Below, piece after piece: positions 20,701 to 33,500 of a stretch of 64,000 nucleotides of DNA (its first letter is position 1; the number at the start of each line of letters is the position of its first letter). Below the pieces are notes generated by a model that saw only the letters and a list, made by a program, of their open reading frames with translations, ran no database searches and was not told the DNA's origin. Source of the DNA: Raillietiella orientalis (lineage: Eukaryota). Where the stretch lies: assembly GCA_036172245.1 (NCBI GenBank), contig JAYWIR010000084.1, positions 124,001-188,000 of the forward strand, written 5' to 3'. The position numbers and the translations under genes were made by a program.

Positions 20701-22182
20701 GGAGCCTAACCAAAGACCAGTTGCCCTTCTCTCCAGTTTTTGATTTTTGTTTGTTTTCCCAAATGCCAAATGTTGCTGTCCATGCTGGTTTAGAAGGGTG
20801 GTTTGGAAAGATAAGGGTACAAGCTTATGTGTTCTGTGAGTTCTACCCCTCTCCGGCAGCAATTGAAGGAATCAAGGTGCAAGCGGATTATAGATTTTCT
20901 ATATGACGCACGCCGGATGACCCAAATTGAGATTGGGATTTACCCCAAACCATACATCCCTCAACTTTCGAAAGGTGCTCTCAGGGAAAACCGAGACCAA
21001 ATCTGTTGGGTTGGAGCCGTGCATTGAAGCTGAATAGAGAGCAAGTCCAGATGATTGAAAACTGCAACATCACAGGTACTGAGTTTACCGCAGCTCTTCA
21101 TCCGTTTGAGATCAATATTGGATTGATGAATTATATCTCCAATAACGTTTTCAAAGTTCAGGACAGATACAGAGTGGATGATGCCGGAGTACACAAAAGC
21201 ACATTCGGATCACAAGTGCAATTTGCTGTCGTGGATTTTGATGTCCCGTATAACTGGATGTTTGCTGGACAGAGCATCAAGATACGGAGATTACGCCATC
21301 CGCGCAGCGTCAACGAATCAGCAAGATATAAGACACTGTGGCGGCACGAATTTGTTGTTATCGTCTTAAGAAAGAGCATGATACGGCTATTGGAGTAATA
21401 CATCCCTGGGCATGCAACGACTGGGGTGAATACCTTCATGTATCACTTAGTTGGATCAATAGCCGAAATGCCAATTTCGAGTTTGGGATGGTAGACACAG
21501 GGAACGCCGTGTGCTTTTCCACGGCCTTCACGACACGTAGCCGACTAAGGTTTCCTTGGGTACGGAAAGAAGTGATCGTTAAAAGCAAAACGTGAGGAGC
21601 TTCCTAGGCACCAATCGACTGAAGATTTGAATATACATACAGCACAAACAACGGCCCTTGGTCCCATGTCTGCAGAGCCAAAAGCTTGCACTCTGATCTC
21701 TCCACAGATCCTTTTCTATTGTCAAGCTTGTAACGCTTGTTATTGCCTTTACTTTAAGACCCTTCGTTGTGTTCATCGCGTGCTTTGCAAAGTTAGCTAA
21801 CTAACGGATGCTCATAATGGTAGTAATGCCTGTACAATTGAAAGAAATTTATACATGTATTCACGATTATCCCTGGACATTGCTGCCTTTGGCCTACGTC
21901 GACAGGGAAAGTTGATTAACACCTCACATACAAGAACTGAAGACTGCAAATATCACCGCATTCAAGATTTTCACCACTATGCACCATTTCAACTTACGAA
22001 ATGTATGAAAAATAATGTGACCTAATAAGGAAAATGGGTGGGCTATTGTCTAATACCACCAACTACACAAACACGTGGAAATTCCTAGCTTTGCGTACAG
22101 AGTCGATTTGCAATAGGGATCCTTCTGCGAAAACCGACAGTTTTTCCCCTTCGATCCAACATCCGCATTGAGTGGCCACATC

Positions 22183-22443
22183 TCAGCGCAACCGATAGCG
22201 CTCGTTATATAGGTTTTGTGCAAGGTGTCTTATTACAATGTGAAAATAGTGTCCTGACACTTTATCCCCATAAGTTCGACTACGATAAGACATTTTTACT
22301 TCTGTGTATGTTAACTGTACGTACTGATTTTTGCCCCTACCCCTAGGCAAAGATAGATGTAAATTCAAAAAGAATCCAGTAATCTTGGTTACCCAACCCA
22401 AGTCAATATACACGGTGCGAATACGCCTACCTTTCTGAAACAT
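22183..22443 (-). pseudogene. Possible discoidin (F5/8 type C)-like domain fragment
   Basis: VYIDLGWVTKITGF...QYVQLTYTEVKMSY resembles the IDLG-x4-ITG...YV...K.SY pattern of F5/8C domains. By-eye similarity only. Confidence 0.35.
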
Positions 22444-22654
22444 CCTTTATCTTTTTTTCCTTTCATGATACGACAGTACGTGAGGTAAAGAGGCTTCCTT
22501 TTCACTCCAACTACTTGCTAGCATTATATGCGTTCGTATCGCATTGATACGGCGAAATCATGCTTGTCTATAGAGTTGTTGCAGAGCAGGAGAAAGCGTC
22601 AGTGCAGTATACCTGGATTGTAGAGTAACTCCACCAAGATTTCAGATAAATTCG

Positions 22655-24822
22655 TTAACCATTTGAGGGCTGGGGACGCATACATCCGTTTAGCAAACAT
22701 TTTTACCTGATGAATGCAACATAGGTAAACACTATTAATGTCTAGGAAGGTCACACACACTTACGTTCTTGCTATTGCTTTAGCAAGTATACTAAAGAAA
22801 CCTCTATATCGACTAACTCTTCTCGCTTTTTGAACCACTTCTTTTGCAGATGAGCTGTAGTGATTTCTGAATAAGCATAGCATAGTATTATAGTTCAGCC
22901 GTATATAAGTTGTATTGTTTTTTATCTTTGTGATACCTGAAAATGCGCCATTTTTCATACAATCCAGAGGCGACAGTGAAAAAGGTGAAGTCGGAATCGA
23001 ATGAAGAATATGACGATGAAACTCACAGTATGCCGTTGTTTTTCATCGTCATCTGATTCTGAAGATATGAAAAGCATCACATACAATGGAAAAGCCAAAC
23101 GTAGGAACAAAAGTACAAAACCACCCTGAGCACAACTACGGAAGATTATTCAGATTCAGTTCCAAATATTGAAGACTTCACATCCAAAGAAATCTGGACA
23201 ATGCTTTCTTTTGGTGGTTCGAAAAAATGTGACACCTACAATATATACTTCTATCCATAGAAATTCAGGAGTGAAACTTATTTTACAGTTCACGACTTTA
23301 GATACTTTTCATATGTCTTTCTCAGAATAGTTGATTTCTCATATTACAAGAGACGAACAATTATTATAAGTATGCAGATGAATACACAACATGTAAAATG
23401 CATTTTGTTTGAATGCTTGGAAAGATGCTTCAGTGTGTGAGATACATGGATCTTTATGCATCACGATGCTACTGCCGCAAATGAGGACAAACTCTGTAAA
23501 AGAATACCTGTCTACTCATGAAATGCTTATGTAGCTAGGAATTAGCACTTTCTGCAAAGTTATGGCAATAGGCAGATGTACATTATTGCACATGCTACAC
23601 TTCAATAACATAATAAATGACCTCATAAAAATGACTATACGACCAATAATTGAGCAGCCCAAAACCTCTTACTCGCATCACATCATTTCCACTCTGCGGT
23701 TGTACAACTAATTACTCATTGGATTTTATAGTATATACCAGGAAAAAAACGGACATTACAACCATTGGTAAATCTGGAAATGTTATAAAGCTGCTTGAAC
23801 CATATCCTGCAAAAGGTGATACCTTAATACAAGATAACTGATGCGAGACACCAGGTTTATATACGTTACTCCATAAACAAAACCAATGCACTTGGAATTA
23901 AAAAAAACTAGAAGTGAAATGCCGAGTATGGAAAAAAAATTGAAGAGAATTTCAATACCCATCTACAGATAATTTATCGGCAAAGAGATAGCGTGACAAA
24001 AAGAATGTCTGGATGTAATCTGCTTTACACACAGCTAACATGATTAAAACCGGACGAAAAGATTACTGCAAAGGGTTACAGTAAAAATATGCAATGTGTT
24101 GTCCACTACAATGCTACACTGGGTGCTGTAGCTAAAGGAGATATGTTTTTCACCACAATCAATGCTATAAGCAAAATTCTAGACTAGTACAAGTTTTTTC
24201 TCCGTTTATTAGATTTATCAATATACAAAGCATACAGTCTATCAAAATGCCACTGGCCAAAATCAATTTCACGAATACCACCTGTACCTGATAAAAGCAA
24301 TTGTAAAAAGCTTTGCACAGAATATAAAACAAGTAGGAAGTGGGAGAAGACTGAAATTTACCATTTCGTCTAACAGAAAGCGATTTTCCATTAAACTGTA
24401 AGATGAAACCGGCGATTTCCAAAAAGAAACGACGAAGTTTCTTTTTGGAAATCTTGAAACGCAAAACATAAGAAAAGGCGTGACAGATACGAATGGAAGA
24501 AATGCGACGTGGGCTCGAACGACATTTGCTGCTATTTGTTTTGGCGTAACCGCCAAATGCATTAGGAGTTTCATATTTGGAATTATTGTTATAATTGTTG
24601 ATTAAATGATATATGTTTGGGGAAAATGAAAATACTTCGGCAAATGTGATGTAAATAAACAATTACAACAGTAGCTTTACTCAACAGTTTATGTACTCAA
24701 CCGGTACCTCCATAGAGTAGACGGTACGCGAAAAAGCATTCCGTCCAGAGATCTCAACTAGAACTCGTGTGCCGTCAACGCAGAACGTTTAAATCTGATG
24801 GGCTCCAGACTCCAAGGGTTAA
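22655..24822 (+). mobile_element. Decayed piggyBac-superfamily DNA transposon
   Basis: TTAA at 22655-22658 and 24819-24822, with degenerate TIRs (CCATTTGAGGGCTGGGG vs reverse complement CCCTTGGAGTCTGGAG). AT-rich, with a transposase remnant inside. Confidence 0.72.
22990..24580 (+). pseudogene. piggyBac (PGBD4-like) transposase remnant, internally deleted
   Basis: Acidic N-terminus, then WKDASVCEI...TMLLPQM...KEYLST, MLHFNN, IRPII, and LCGCTTNYSLDFIVYT...GKSGNVIKLLEPYPAKGDTLIQDN. Many stops. The DES/GIK segment expected between IRPII and LC appears missing. Confidence 0.8.
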
Positions 24823-24949
24823 GTACACTTCGGAACTCGCGCGTCGTAATAGGCCAAATACTTAGAAAATTACCGAACCCTAACATTAGTTCCAATTCTT
24901 TGCAGCCAACAAATCACAAACGGTCATCTTCAGCTTTTCCAGAAGTAGT

Positions 24950-27620
24950 GAGCTGACTGTAGCACAACCTCAGAAAGGAATCAACTTATCCTGCTGCGTC
25001 ATACAAGAGTCCAAACGAAAAATTTCGAAACTATTCGATACTGAAAGTTTTCCAAATATAGATTTACAACTACTTTTCAAGAGGATTTAGTGCCACTCCT
25101 GCGTATACACGCCAACACGATATATTTTATTGATATGAAGCAACCATACACTGTTAGTGTGCACATCCAGCAGACTGTATCTTAACAGGCGCGTTCGTGT
25201 CGAAAAGACTTTTCGGTGACACGGATTTTCACAACTACTCCCAATAACCGCTCAAAGGATCTGAAATTGCCAAACACTCTATTCATGACACTACCCAAAA
25301 AGTCCTTTCTAGCATTCGCGCTGCCATACTGCGCACAATTGCAACGCTGCTTAGTCGGTCCTAAGGATTACCTATCGCAACAGGTCCCATCCTCAGACTG
25401 TATAAACCTGATAGTCAACCAATCTGCAGATGCACATGGGGCCATGGAATCCCAACTTCCCTGCATACTTATACTCATTCCGCAAGAGAAAAACACGGAT
25501 CAGCCACATGCACGCACGCAACATCGTTTCCATCGACAAGATCAAACTATTCAAATCGCTACAACGGAATGTGGAGACTCACAGACCTTCACCTTCCTTA
25601 AACACATGTGCAAACCGCTTGCGCATCCTTTTCCTACACTATGCAACGATTAAAGATTTGATACATCATAAACCCAAAACGCGCAAACAAACGCATCTGG
25701 AAACTGCACGAAAATTCACAACTCATCACGTCTTGAATATCGTTTGACATGATTTGTATTCAAACACTTACGAATGCACAAATCCCTACCTACATCTCTG
25801 CACAGGTGATTACTTCGAAAAGATGACTGATTACAAGAAAATTTCTTTCCATAATCCATCTACCCTTAAGTAACACAATGCTCAGCTGGCTCAACTAAAT
25901 TCCTTACAAGCCACCCATCCAAAAGCAACAGCCAGTATGATTCATAGCATTCTTTTGCAAATGTAAATCTTCCTAGGATTGAAGTGAACCACAGTATCAC
26001 CACGCATCAATGACCTTATATGGGACTGCAATTAGAGTGCAAGAGGTAGTGAATCCTACTCCAATCAATTTCACACATGGGCCAAGCTGTGCAATCTTGA
26101 GTAAAGTGCCCGAAATCAACACTTGCAAAACTCATAAGATCCATCCTCAAAACCATTCTATGCATAATTCACCAGAATCCCAGCAGTCCTCGGATGCAAC
26201 AACTGCAACACTACACACCAGTCATTATCATTGTCACCTTCCACTTGAGCCACCAGACATCATCTGCAGCAATGCAACGATGCACTTCCTTGCATCTCCA
26301 CAAGGAAATGATTACACTGGCACATACGGATTTGAAACTGCTATTTTGAAGAAAGCAAGCACAGACATTCTTTCAGTTAACTTCGAAGTGCAAAAAGACA
26401 TGCCAGCAGTGCTCACCATTTTAATAACTCTTGCAAACTTTGCACTTTGAGGAATATTTCACTAAATGCATGTTCTTTTCGAGATATACTTTCCTTACTG
26501 AATGGTACCCAACATTCTCCACTATCGATTAGAAGCCCTCACATCACTGACAAGATGTCTCATCTGTGCATTTCCAAACCACTGCAAAACCAACTTTTGC
26601 TTTCAATAAAAAACAGACATGGCCATCCAACTCTTTGTCTGGGGAACCATGCATTGCAAAAAAGTTCAGAAAAATGAGCACTCATGTGCTGCACATCTCA
26701 GAGTCACAACAAATCCTATTGCAAAGCATGGGATGAAAAAAATCTTTGCAATTCTCAACACTTTCATAGCACTGCAAAAACCATTCCAGCATTTCTACAA
26801 CTTATCGCCACACATCAATAACCTTATACGGGAACTGCGATTTGAGTGCAAAGGTAGTGAATTCTACTCCTATCAATTTCACACATGGGCCAAGCTGTGC
26901 AATCTTGAGTGAAGTGCCCGAAATCAACACTTGCAAAACTCATAAGATCCATCCTCAAAACCATTCTATGCATAATTCACCAGAATCCCAGCAGTCCTCG
27001 GATGCAACAACTGCAACACTACACACCAGTCATTATCATTGTCACCTTCCTTCCACCTGACACCCTCAGCCAACTGACATCATCTGTCCCTTTCCAAAGA
27101 ACCAATTATACCAATCTACGTCTGTTTGCAGCTGCAAAATGTGAAACACAGAGACCCTCTTGAACTTACACGCAAACAGAGCAAAACAACATGCCAGCAG
27201 CACTCATCGTTTCCCTAACTGTTGCAAACTTTGCACTGTGTGGAGCTTGTACCAAACGCACGCCCCTCTTGAGAGAGTTTGCCATGCAAAAGGAAACGGA
27301 ATCGCACCCAACATCTCCACATCATCTACAAGCAGCCCTCATCACTGACAAAATGTCATCTCTCATGAGCCTTTCCCAAAGGCTCCGCCAAAACCAACTT
27401 TGTCTTTCGCTGAGCAACAGCCATGCCCATACAACCCTATGTCCGGGTAACCGTACATTACAAAACAGTTCAGCAGCATGCACAACTATGCAATGCTCTC
27501 TTGTAATCACAGCAACTCCTGCTGTCACAAAGCATGTGATGAACAAAAATGCTGCAATTCTCAACACTTTCACAACACTTCAAAAACCATTCCAGCATTT
27601 CCATAACCTATCCTACTAGA
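24950..27620 (+). mobile_element. Possible heavily decayed LINE-like ORF2 (A/C-rich)
   Basis: Scattered motif-like peptides in the expected order: CCVIQESK (EN-like), NIVSIDKIKLFKSL (RT D..KAFD-like) and CKLC...H...C (zf-RVT-like). Weak. Confidence 0.3.
25990..27620. repeat. Tandem duplication, unit about 810 bp
   Basis: 26064-26241 is almost identical to 26872-27050 (one mismatch seen). The remainder (26242-26810 vs 27051-27615) is alignable but much more diverged. Confidence 0.85.
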
Positions 27621-29429
27621 ATCCACTACCTGTCCCACCAAGTCTTACTGAACCATCTAATCAAAAGATTCACGACCCACAGACATACCTCTTTTTTTTC
27701 GCATCCATGGGCTCTTCTTTCAAGAACCAGCATCACAGAAGACGTGCTAAGGGATTTTAACGCAAGATGCACTCCACAAGTCCAAAAACAAGTCGCCTTT
27801 CCATACCTTCATGCACAACTTCTTCATTGATTTTCCATCACTCCAAAACATTCCATGCGAATGCTCCCGTTCAGCTCCTTCGTCCACTACAATCAGGATA
27901 ACAAGATTTCCGACTAACACAACGGTTTCTCTTATTTTTTCTAAGAAAAAACTACCTTCTTTTCCACCCAATGTGCACTGCTAATCGCACGTTTCTTCAG
28001 CCATCGAACATCGCGGATCAACAATGAGTCGATGCTGTGCTACGTGACGACTCCAGCATCCACACGTCCATCCACAACTTTTCTTCGCAGTTTCCAAACA
28101 GAAACGCAATCCTGCAGCAGCTTCCACTAAGCAGCTGAAGACCCCACTCCACGTTACCACAGACCACGAATTTCGTTCCAAAACGACAACGGAAGCGCTC
28201 CCGCGCTGCTGCTGCGCAGCCGTTCCGTCACGTGACCACTTCCTCCGGAAAGCGCATGCGCTTCCCACTACTTCTCCCGCGCCTTGGCGTCTTTCCGTCC
28301 GCTTCAAGATGTGCATTTCTGCGCCGCAACCATGGCTACCACTTTGTTCTCACGAAATCTTTTCGCAACGACAGATTGTCCCCAAATTCCGCCTCACCAT
28401 CCTCGAATTATGCCTACGGAAGGAATTTCCTGCCTGTCCTTCGTTGAGGGTATTTCGCGTTTCTTGCACACTTGTCCGTGTTGATCAGAAGTACGGTCTT
28501 CTTCGTCCTCGTCGTGCTTTCTTTTCTGGTCTGAGGTCTCCTCCGATTACAGAACACACTTTTTCAGTGCTTTCCTTGTAAGAATCGTCTCTCATTACCT
28601 CTGTTTTCCACTCTTTTCAGACACAAACGGCTTGCTCGAAATCCCAAGGAAAGAGCGGTAGCAAAACATTTTGCTACCCTCGAGAATCATCAAAGCCATT
28701 ATGCAGTCGACGCTGCACATTCTTAGAACCGTCGTTGCCGAATGTGTTCTTCTTGGGATGATACTGATGTAATTTTGCTGTTTTCACGATCCCAATGACA
28801 GCCTATAATTCTTCACCGTTGCTGTGGTGAGGTTGAAATTGTTGCCACGGAGGGTAGCAATCGTTCATTGTCTCAAACATGGCCGATTGAAGGCACCCTG
28901 GTCGGAGCTGATTTCTGGAGGTTCCATCATGCCAATTGGTGCGTTTCAGTCCTCTGCTATCCGGAACAAAATAGCTACGGGAAAGCTCCCTGAAAACTCC
29001 CAGTGCTTCTCGAAGAACATCCAAGTGCAATCACCGACCTTCGCACTTCTGTGAGCCTACTGCATTCACTTTTCCAAGTTTCAGGTGTTTGCATATAAGA
29101 CATACTGAAAAGTTGCCAGGTTATACTCGATGTACAAATAATTATTGAAATTTTGGGAATTCCTCCATCCTCGGATCCAATGGTGACAAAAGAATTGCAC
29201 ACGTGCAGGAAGATGGAAGTGACACTTGGATTCCATCCAGCACGGAGAAGCTGCCTCCCAAGATAAGCACTGAACCTTACTTTCTACGTACCTGGTCATA
29301 TCCTGGGCTTCCCTTTCGTTTTTGATTTGGGAAACGCCTTTTTCCCTTTGGTGCTTTGTAACGGAGGCTTTGTGAATTTCAGACTTTACGATTAGAACGG
29401 AAAGCCAAGGAGTGTTGATTCACTGGCTA

Positions 29430-29950
29430 ACGGGAAGCGATTACCGCCATTTGTTCTTCAATATTCAGGCAGGGCCAATTATAACAAGCATTTGAAAGAT
29501 GCATTACTAAACATATGTTCAAAGATTTTCGGGATTTCTCATGACCCTGCTTTCCATGAATCGGCAAAGAGGTGCAGGGTTGACGCTGAGCAAGTGCTAC
29601 ACCCTCGGGGTGCGCCTTGACGTATCCCATGCCACCTACCAATATGATGGCATGAAGGTCATCCTCCTGCAGGTTGACACAACCTAGCTCATCGCAGTGC
29701 TGGTCACCGTCACGACCTGAAATCATCTGCTTCAACCTGCCGCGGAGTGCGAGCTTGTAGCCTGAGGCTAGCTGATTCGGCAACTCTGCACCTTAAGAAT
29801 GTGATTCCTTGGCTGCCGCAACTGTAGCAGCGTCGGCCCAACTCCTCACCGGTGACGAGAAAGTTCCGGGGGAGTCGTCCGTCAGTTCTGCCGCAGGAGC
29901 GGAACGTTGGTCGATTTCAGCGACTTCCATCAGTTGCTATAGCCATGCCA
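29430..29950 (-). mobile_element. LINE ORF1 N-terminal remnant related to element F
   Basis: RSWADAA...ASGYKLALRGRLKQMISGRDGDQHCDELGCVNLQEDDLHAIILVGGMGYVK aligns with F ORF1 GYRPALRYKVSGFLSARDGNQFNEELTRVGVREDPLAIILVKDMGYFK. Confidence 0.7.
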
Positions 29951-30499
29951 TCTTGCCTCAAAGCATCTGCGAGCTATGCTCACTAGGGGACACAGAAAAA
30001 ACCAGCAAAGGATGCCGGACTCAAATTCCAGTTCCTTCGGACGCGAAGTGATGGAAAACCACGTCCGCTTCCCGGTAGTCCAGGAGATTTTTCACCTGGT
30101 CACTCAGGGCATTTATCCAATAAATGAAAAAACTTCCAGGAAACGCAGTTCCAGGACATATAGAAAAGGACGTTCAAGGTGGGGACCACCGACACGCAGA
30201 TCACGTACTCTAGAATTTCAGAGCGTGAAAAAGGAAGCTCAGAAGATTTGTAACCCGGTCCCGCCAGGACGTTTATTAAAAACCAGTTGGGAACACCGTT
30301 CCCATCCAAGATATTAAAACGAGGAAAGGAGTCTGCCGGCACGCAGACCGGAATAACGGAAGTTACGAACGGGGCAGGAAAAGCGTAATGGAACCACACT
30401 TCCCACCATAAATTGTGAATTTACTGTGAGGACTGGCAGCAGTGATGCCGCAGCCGCTATCCTATGAGGTTGTGGTAGCCGCAGTCCGAGTTCCTGGAA

Positions 30500-32800
30500 A
30501 AGAAGCGGTAACCAGGTACGCGGTATTTGAAATATAGCGGGAAGATGAGCCGGTATGGAAGCTTGACCCCGAGGTCAAACAAATTACCGGGATCCTACTT
30601 GCGGCCAACGTGTATGTCGAACGGGACATGTATGTCTCCTTTCACAAGCAAAAGGTTGATTTTAAAAAAATCAAGGCGATTGTCTCTTCAGCAGTGAGGT
30701 TCACGGCCTATACCGCGGACGAGGAGTTGCAGAAGGCACTCATTGAGCAGGGAATCCTCCTAAACGGGAGATGATTGCGGGGCTTTGGAGAGTTAGCCAC
30801 TACGGCGGTTCGTCTGTCCGAGATACACTGCTGTACCACAGAGAAGAATGTGGGAGTTTTTCTCCCAGTGCGGAGAGGTTCAACAGGTTGCATTCAGCAG
30901 TCATATGTAGGACATCTTCGCGAGAAAAGGAAGAGTACGCATCAAGCTTTTTGCTGATGTGAAAGTACCAGATGTAAGAGCCATAGATGAGCACTCGCAG
31001 GATATAAAGTTACGATACCGCCTGCAGCCCACCTTTTGCACAGGCTGTAAGGAGTTTGGACATCGAGTGTACGCCTGTTCGAAGGCAAGATGTTTCAAGT
31101 GTGGCCAAATTGGTTATTTCATCAAGGGTCGCAATGGGTATCCGCAATGCTGCCATTGAAAAACAAGTCACCCTGAGAAGGAGCGCGAAAAGCACTCTGA
31201 CTGACTAGTTGCCCGAGGACTGCTTCCTCTTCCCAAACTGAAGGCAGGGAGCAAAGCAAGCCGCTCCCTTTGGAGAAAGCAGCACTCTTCTGAATTTCGG
31301 AAGCGTTTCTTTGGGGTTCTCTCCAAAGGAGAAGACAGGAGCGACTCCCCTGTGAGTTCCTTCCGGAGAAGAAATTCCTGATCAGCAGATCCTTTCTGGG
31401 TTCCCTTCGGAGAGGAAAAAAGGGAGCAGACCTCCCTGGTGGTACCTTCGGAAAGAATAAGGATGGAGATTCTCTTCTCGATTGCCCTTCGGAGACAACC
31501 AGGTTGAAGGTGATCTCCATTTTTGGAGATCTCCCTCCCAAACGTGAGTAGAACCGTCTCCAAGCTCCTTCCTGAATTCATAGCGCGGTCGCCTACCGGA
31601 ATGGCACCCATCTTGAAGAATTCCACGGGAAAGGGTGGAAACAACAGCCAACTGGCAAACTGGAAGTTTTAGGGCCGCACAGCAAGAACTTCTCAGCTAG
31701 CGGGTAGACGGGTCAGACGGCTGACGCGGCCGCAACTGCGCAAAAGGACTGCTTCCACGTGGTCCTCTTCGGGAGCTTTTGGAGACATATCAGGGCTCCA
31801 CACTGGAGGCAGCCCCAAAGCAGCTTCTCCGGCACTCCCCCACTCGTGAACAACTCGGTTTCTTCTGCGGTCGACTTCTCCCGAGCCGTTTTCTGAAAGC
31901 AGTGATGCAGCATCCGGAAAAGCGATCAAACCTTGGCCATCGTACCTCTCGCCGCGGAGCTGTTCTCCCTGGGACAAGCAGCCACGTTGCCAACCAGCGG
32001 ACTGGGAGCTTTGCGCCATCGCAGTAGACATCAAAGTCCGGGGCGGCTGGAAGACCCGCGAGCTGGTGGAGTTGGCCACTCTGCGGACCCGAGACTAAGG
32101 ACTGCTCCATCGGAGCAGACTTTGCTCTGCTCGCGAAGAACCCGTTCCTCTCCTCTCGTGTCGGAACATCTGGGTGTTCCCCATAAGTTGGAATCGCGGG
32201 ATGCAGCTTTTTCTTTTTGGAATCGTTTTTGAATCCAGTGCGGTCGGTGCCTGCACATCGTTTCTGTGGGAACAGCATCACCGGACAGTCCCAGGTGCGG
32301 GTCTACAGAATCGTTTCTGCACCTCCTGATGGACTGCGGTGCCCTCCACGACCATTGGAATGGGTTGGCTTCAGCGCTCCCTCACCAGGGTGTTGGCGCC
32401 CGTGACCTGCTACGGCGATTCTTCGCGAGCAGACGCAGTGATGGCGACGAGATGTCGCGTCTGAGCCGCCGTTCACGCCGAATTCGGTCTGCCTTGTCTC
32501 TGAGAAGGAAGGGCAGCGAAAGGACGCCATCCTCATGGAAACTGCCTGCGTGAGGACGGTTGCTAGGTGCCCTCACCCAGTAGAGCAAGTCAGGACCGAG
32601 GTCTCTGGCATCCAGAGCAGGTTCCAAAAGGAGGGAATGGCCGACTCCAAAGGCCTATGTACCCGACTCCCTATTGTTTGTTTATTCGCGGCCCCCTCCC
32701 ACCCTTCCCGGATGATTCGATGTTGCCGAAGAAGGAACGGAAAAGCCAAAAGGATCAGGTTCAAAATTGCAAAGCACCGTGGAAGGAAGCGCATGGGATC
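30500..32800 (+). mobile_element. Decayed L1/Tx1-like element G: ORF1 with CCHC knuckles joined to the ORF2 C-terminus (EN and RT absent)
   Basis: YRLQPTFCTGCKEFGHRVYACSKARCFKCGQIG (30959-31159) and PRCGSTESFLHLLMDCGAL...ARDLLRRFF (32266-32430). Boundaries are approximate. Confidence 0.75.
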
Positions 32801-32809
32801 ATTCTAAAT

Positions 32810-33500
32810 AGATGGATGCGCAAATTCATTTTAGTATACATGGTAATTCATGTTCATTAACATACTTATTGTTAACAGTAATATTACTGAAGGAAATTTG
32901 CTGACATTCATTTTATTGTTAAAACCGATAAGTATACTTGAATGTATTGTCCATATAGTCAATTTATTTTAATGTGCATGGCTATTCATATTTATTGAAA
33001 CGTTTTATTTGTAAAATTCATAATTTGCTGATTATATTGTTCATGATACATGAAAGTTTATAAAAATTAAATTTACATCCTTCTGATATACATTTACATA
33101 AAGATTGATATATGGGTATCATGAATATTATAAAAAATAAATATATATGCCTACTGTATCTACTGATATATATATTTATACACATATTAATACACATGTG
33201 TGCACATATATATATATACATTCACATATAATTCTAATCTATTGATGTTATTTATCAATGTTGATGCATATAATAAGAATACATGTGTATTCCTTAGAAT
33301 CTCATATATATATACCAACGGTATAAACCGCACCTTATTTGTTGTTGAATAGGATGTACCTCAATAAATTTGAATAAATACATATTTGTTCCGATAATAA
33401 TACTGTTGATAATATGTACTTTAGTAAATATGAATGAGTATCCGCGTAAAAATAAATTTGCATTTGAATCTATGTAGAATAAGCATATGTGTCTATTTTT
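32810..33500. repeat. Very AT-rich low-complexity tract with (TA)n-like runs
   Basis: Abrupt compositional drop, with ATATATAT runs around 33140-33220 and 33300. Confidence 0.7.

Noticed and set aside
21006..21398. 130-codon ORF downstream of element F
   Set aside because: No recognisable family, no ATG start, and flanked by stops. It may be a gene remnant but needs a database search.
26530..27600. HNH or His-Cys-box-like peptides (SHLC; CHKACDEQKCCNSQH)
   Set aside because: They are short, not preserved in frame between the two tandem units, and lie in A/C-rich sequence that yields His/Cys by chance.
28657..28678. Perfect 10-bp inverted repeat GGTAGCAAAA-CA-TTTTGCTACC
   Set aside because: Isolated, with no context supporting a terminator or transposon end.
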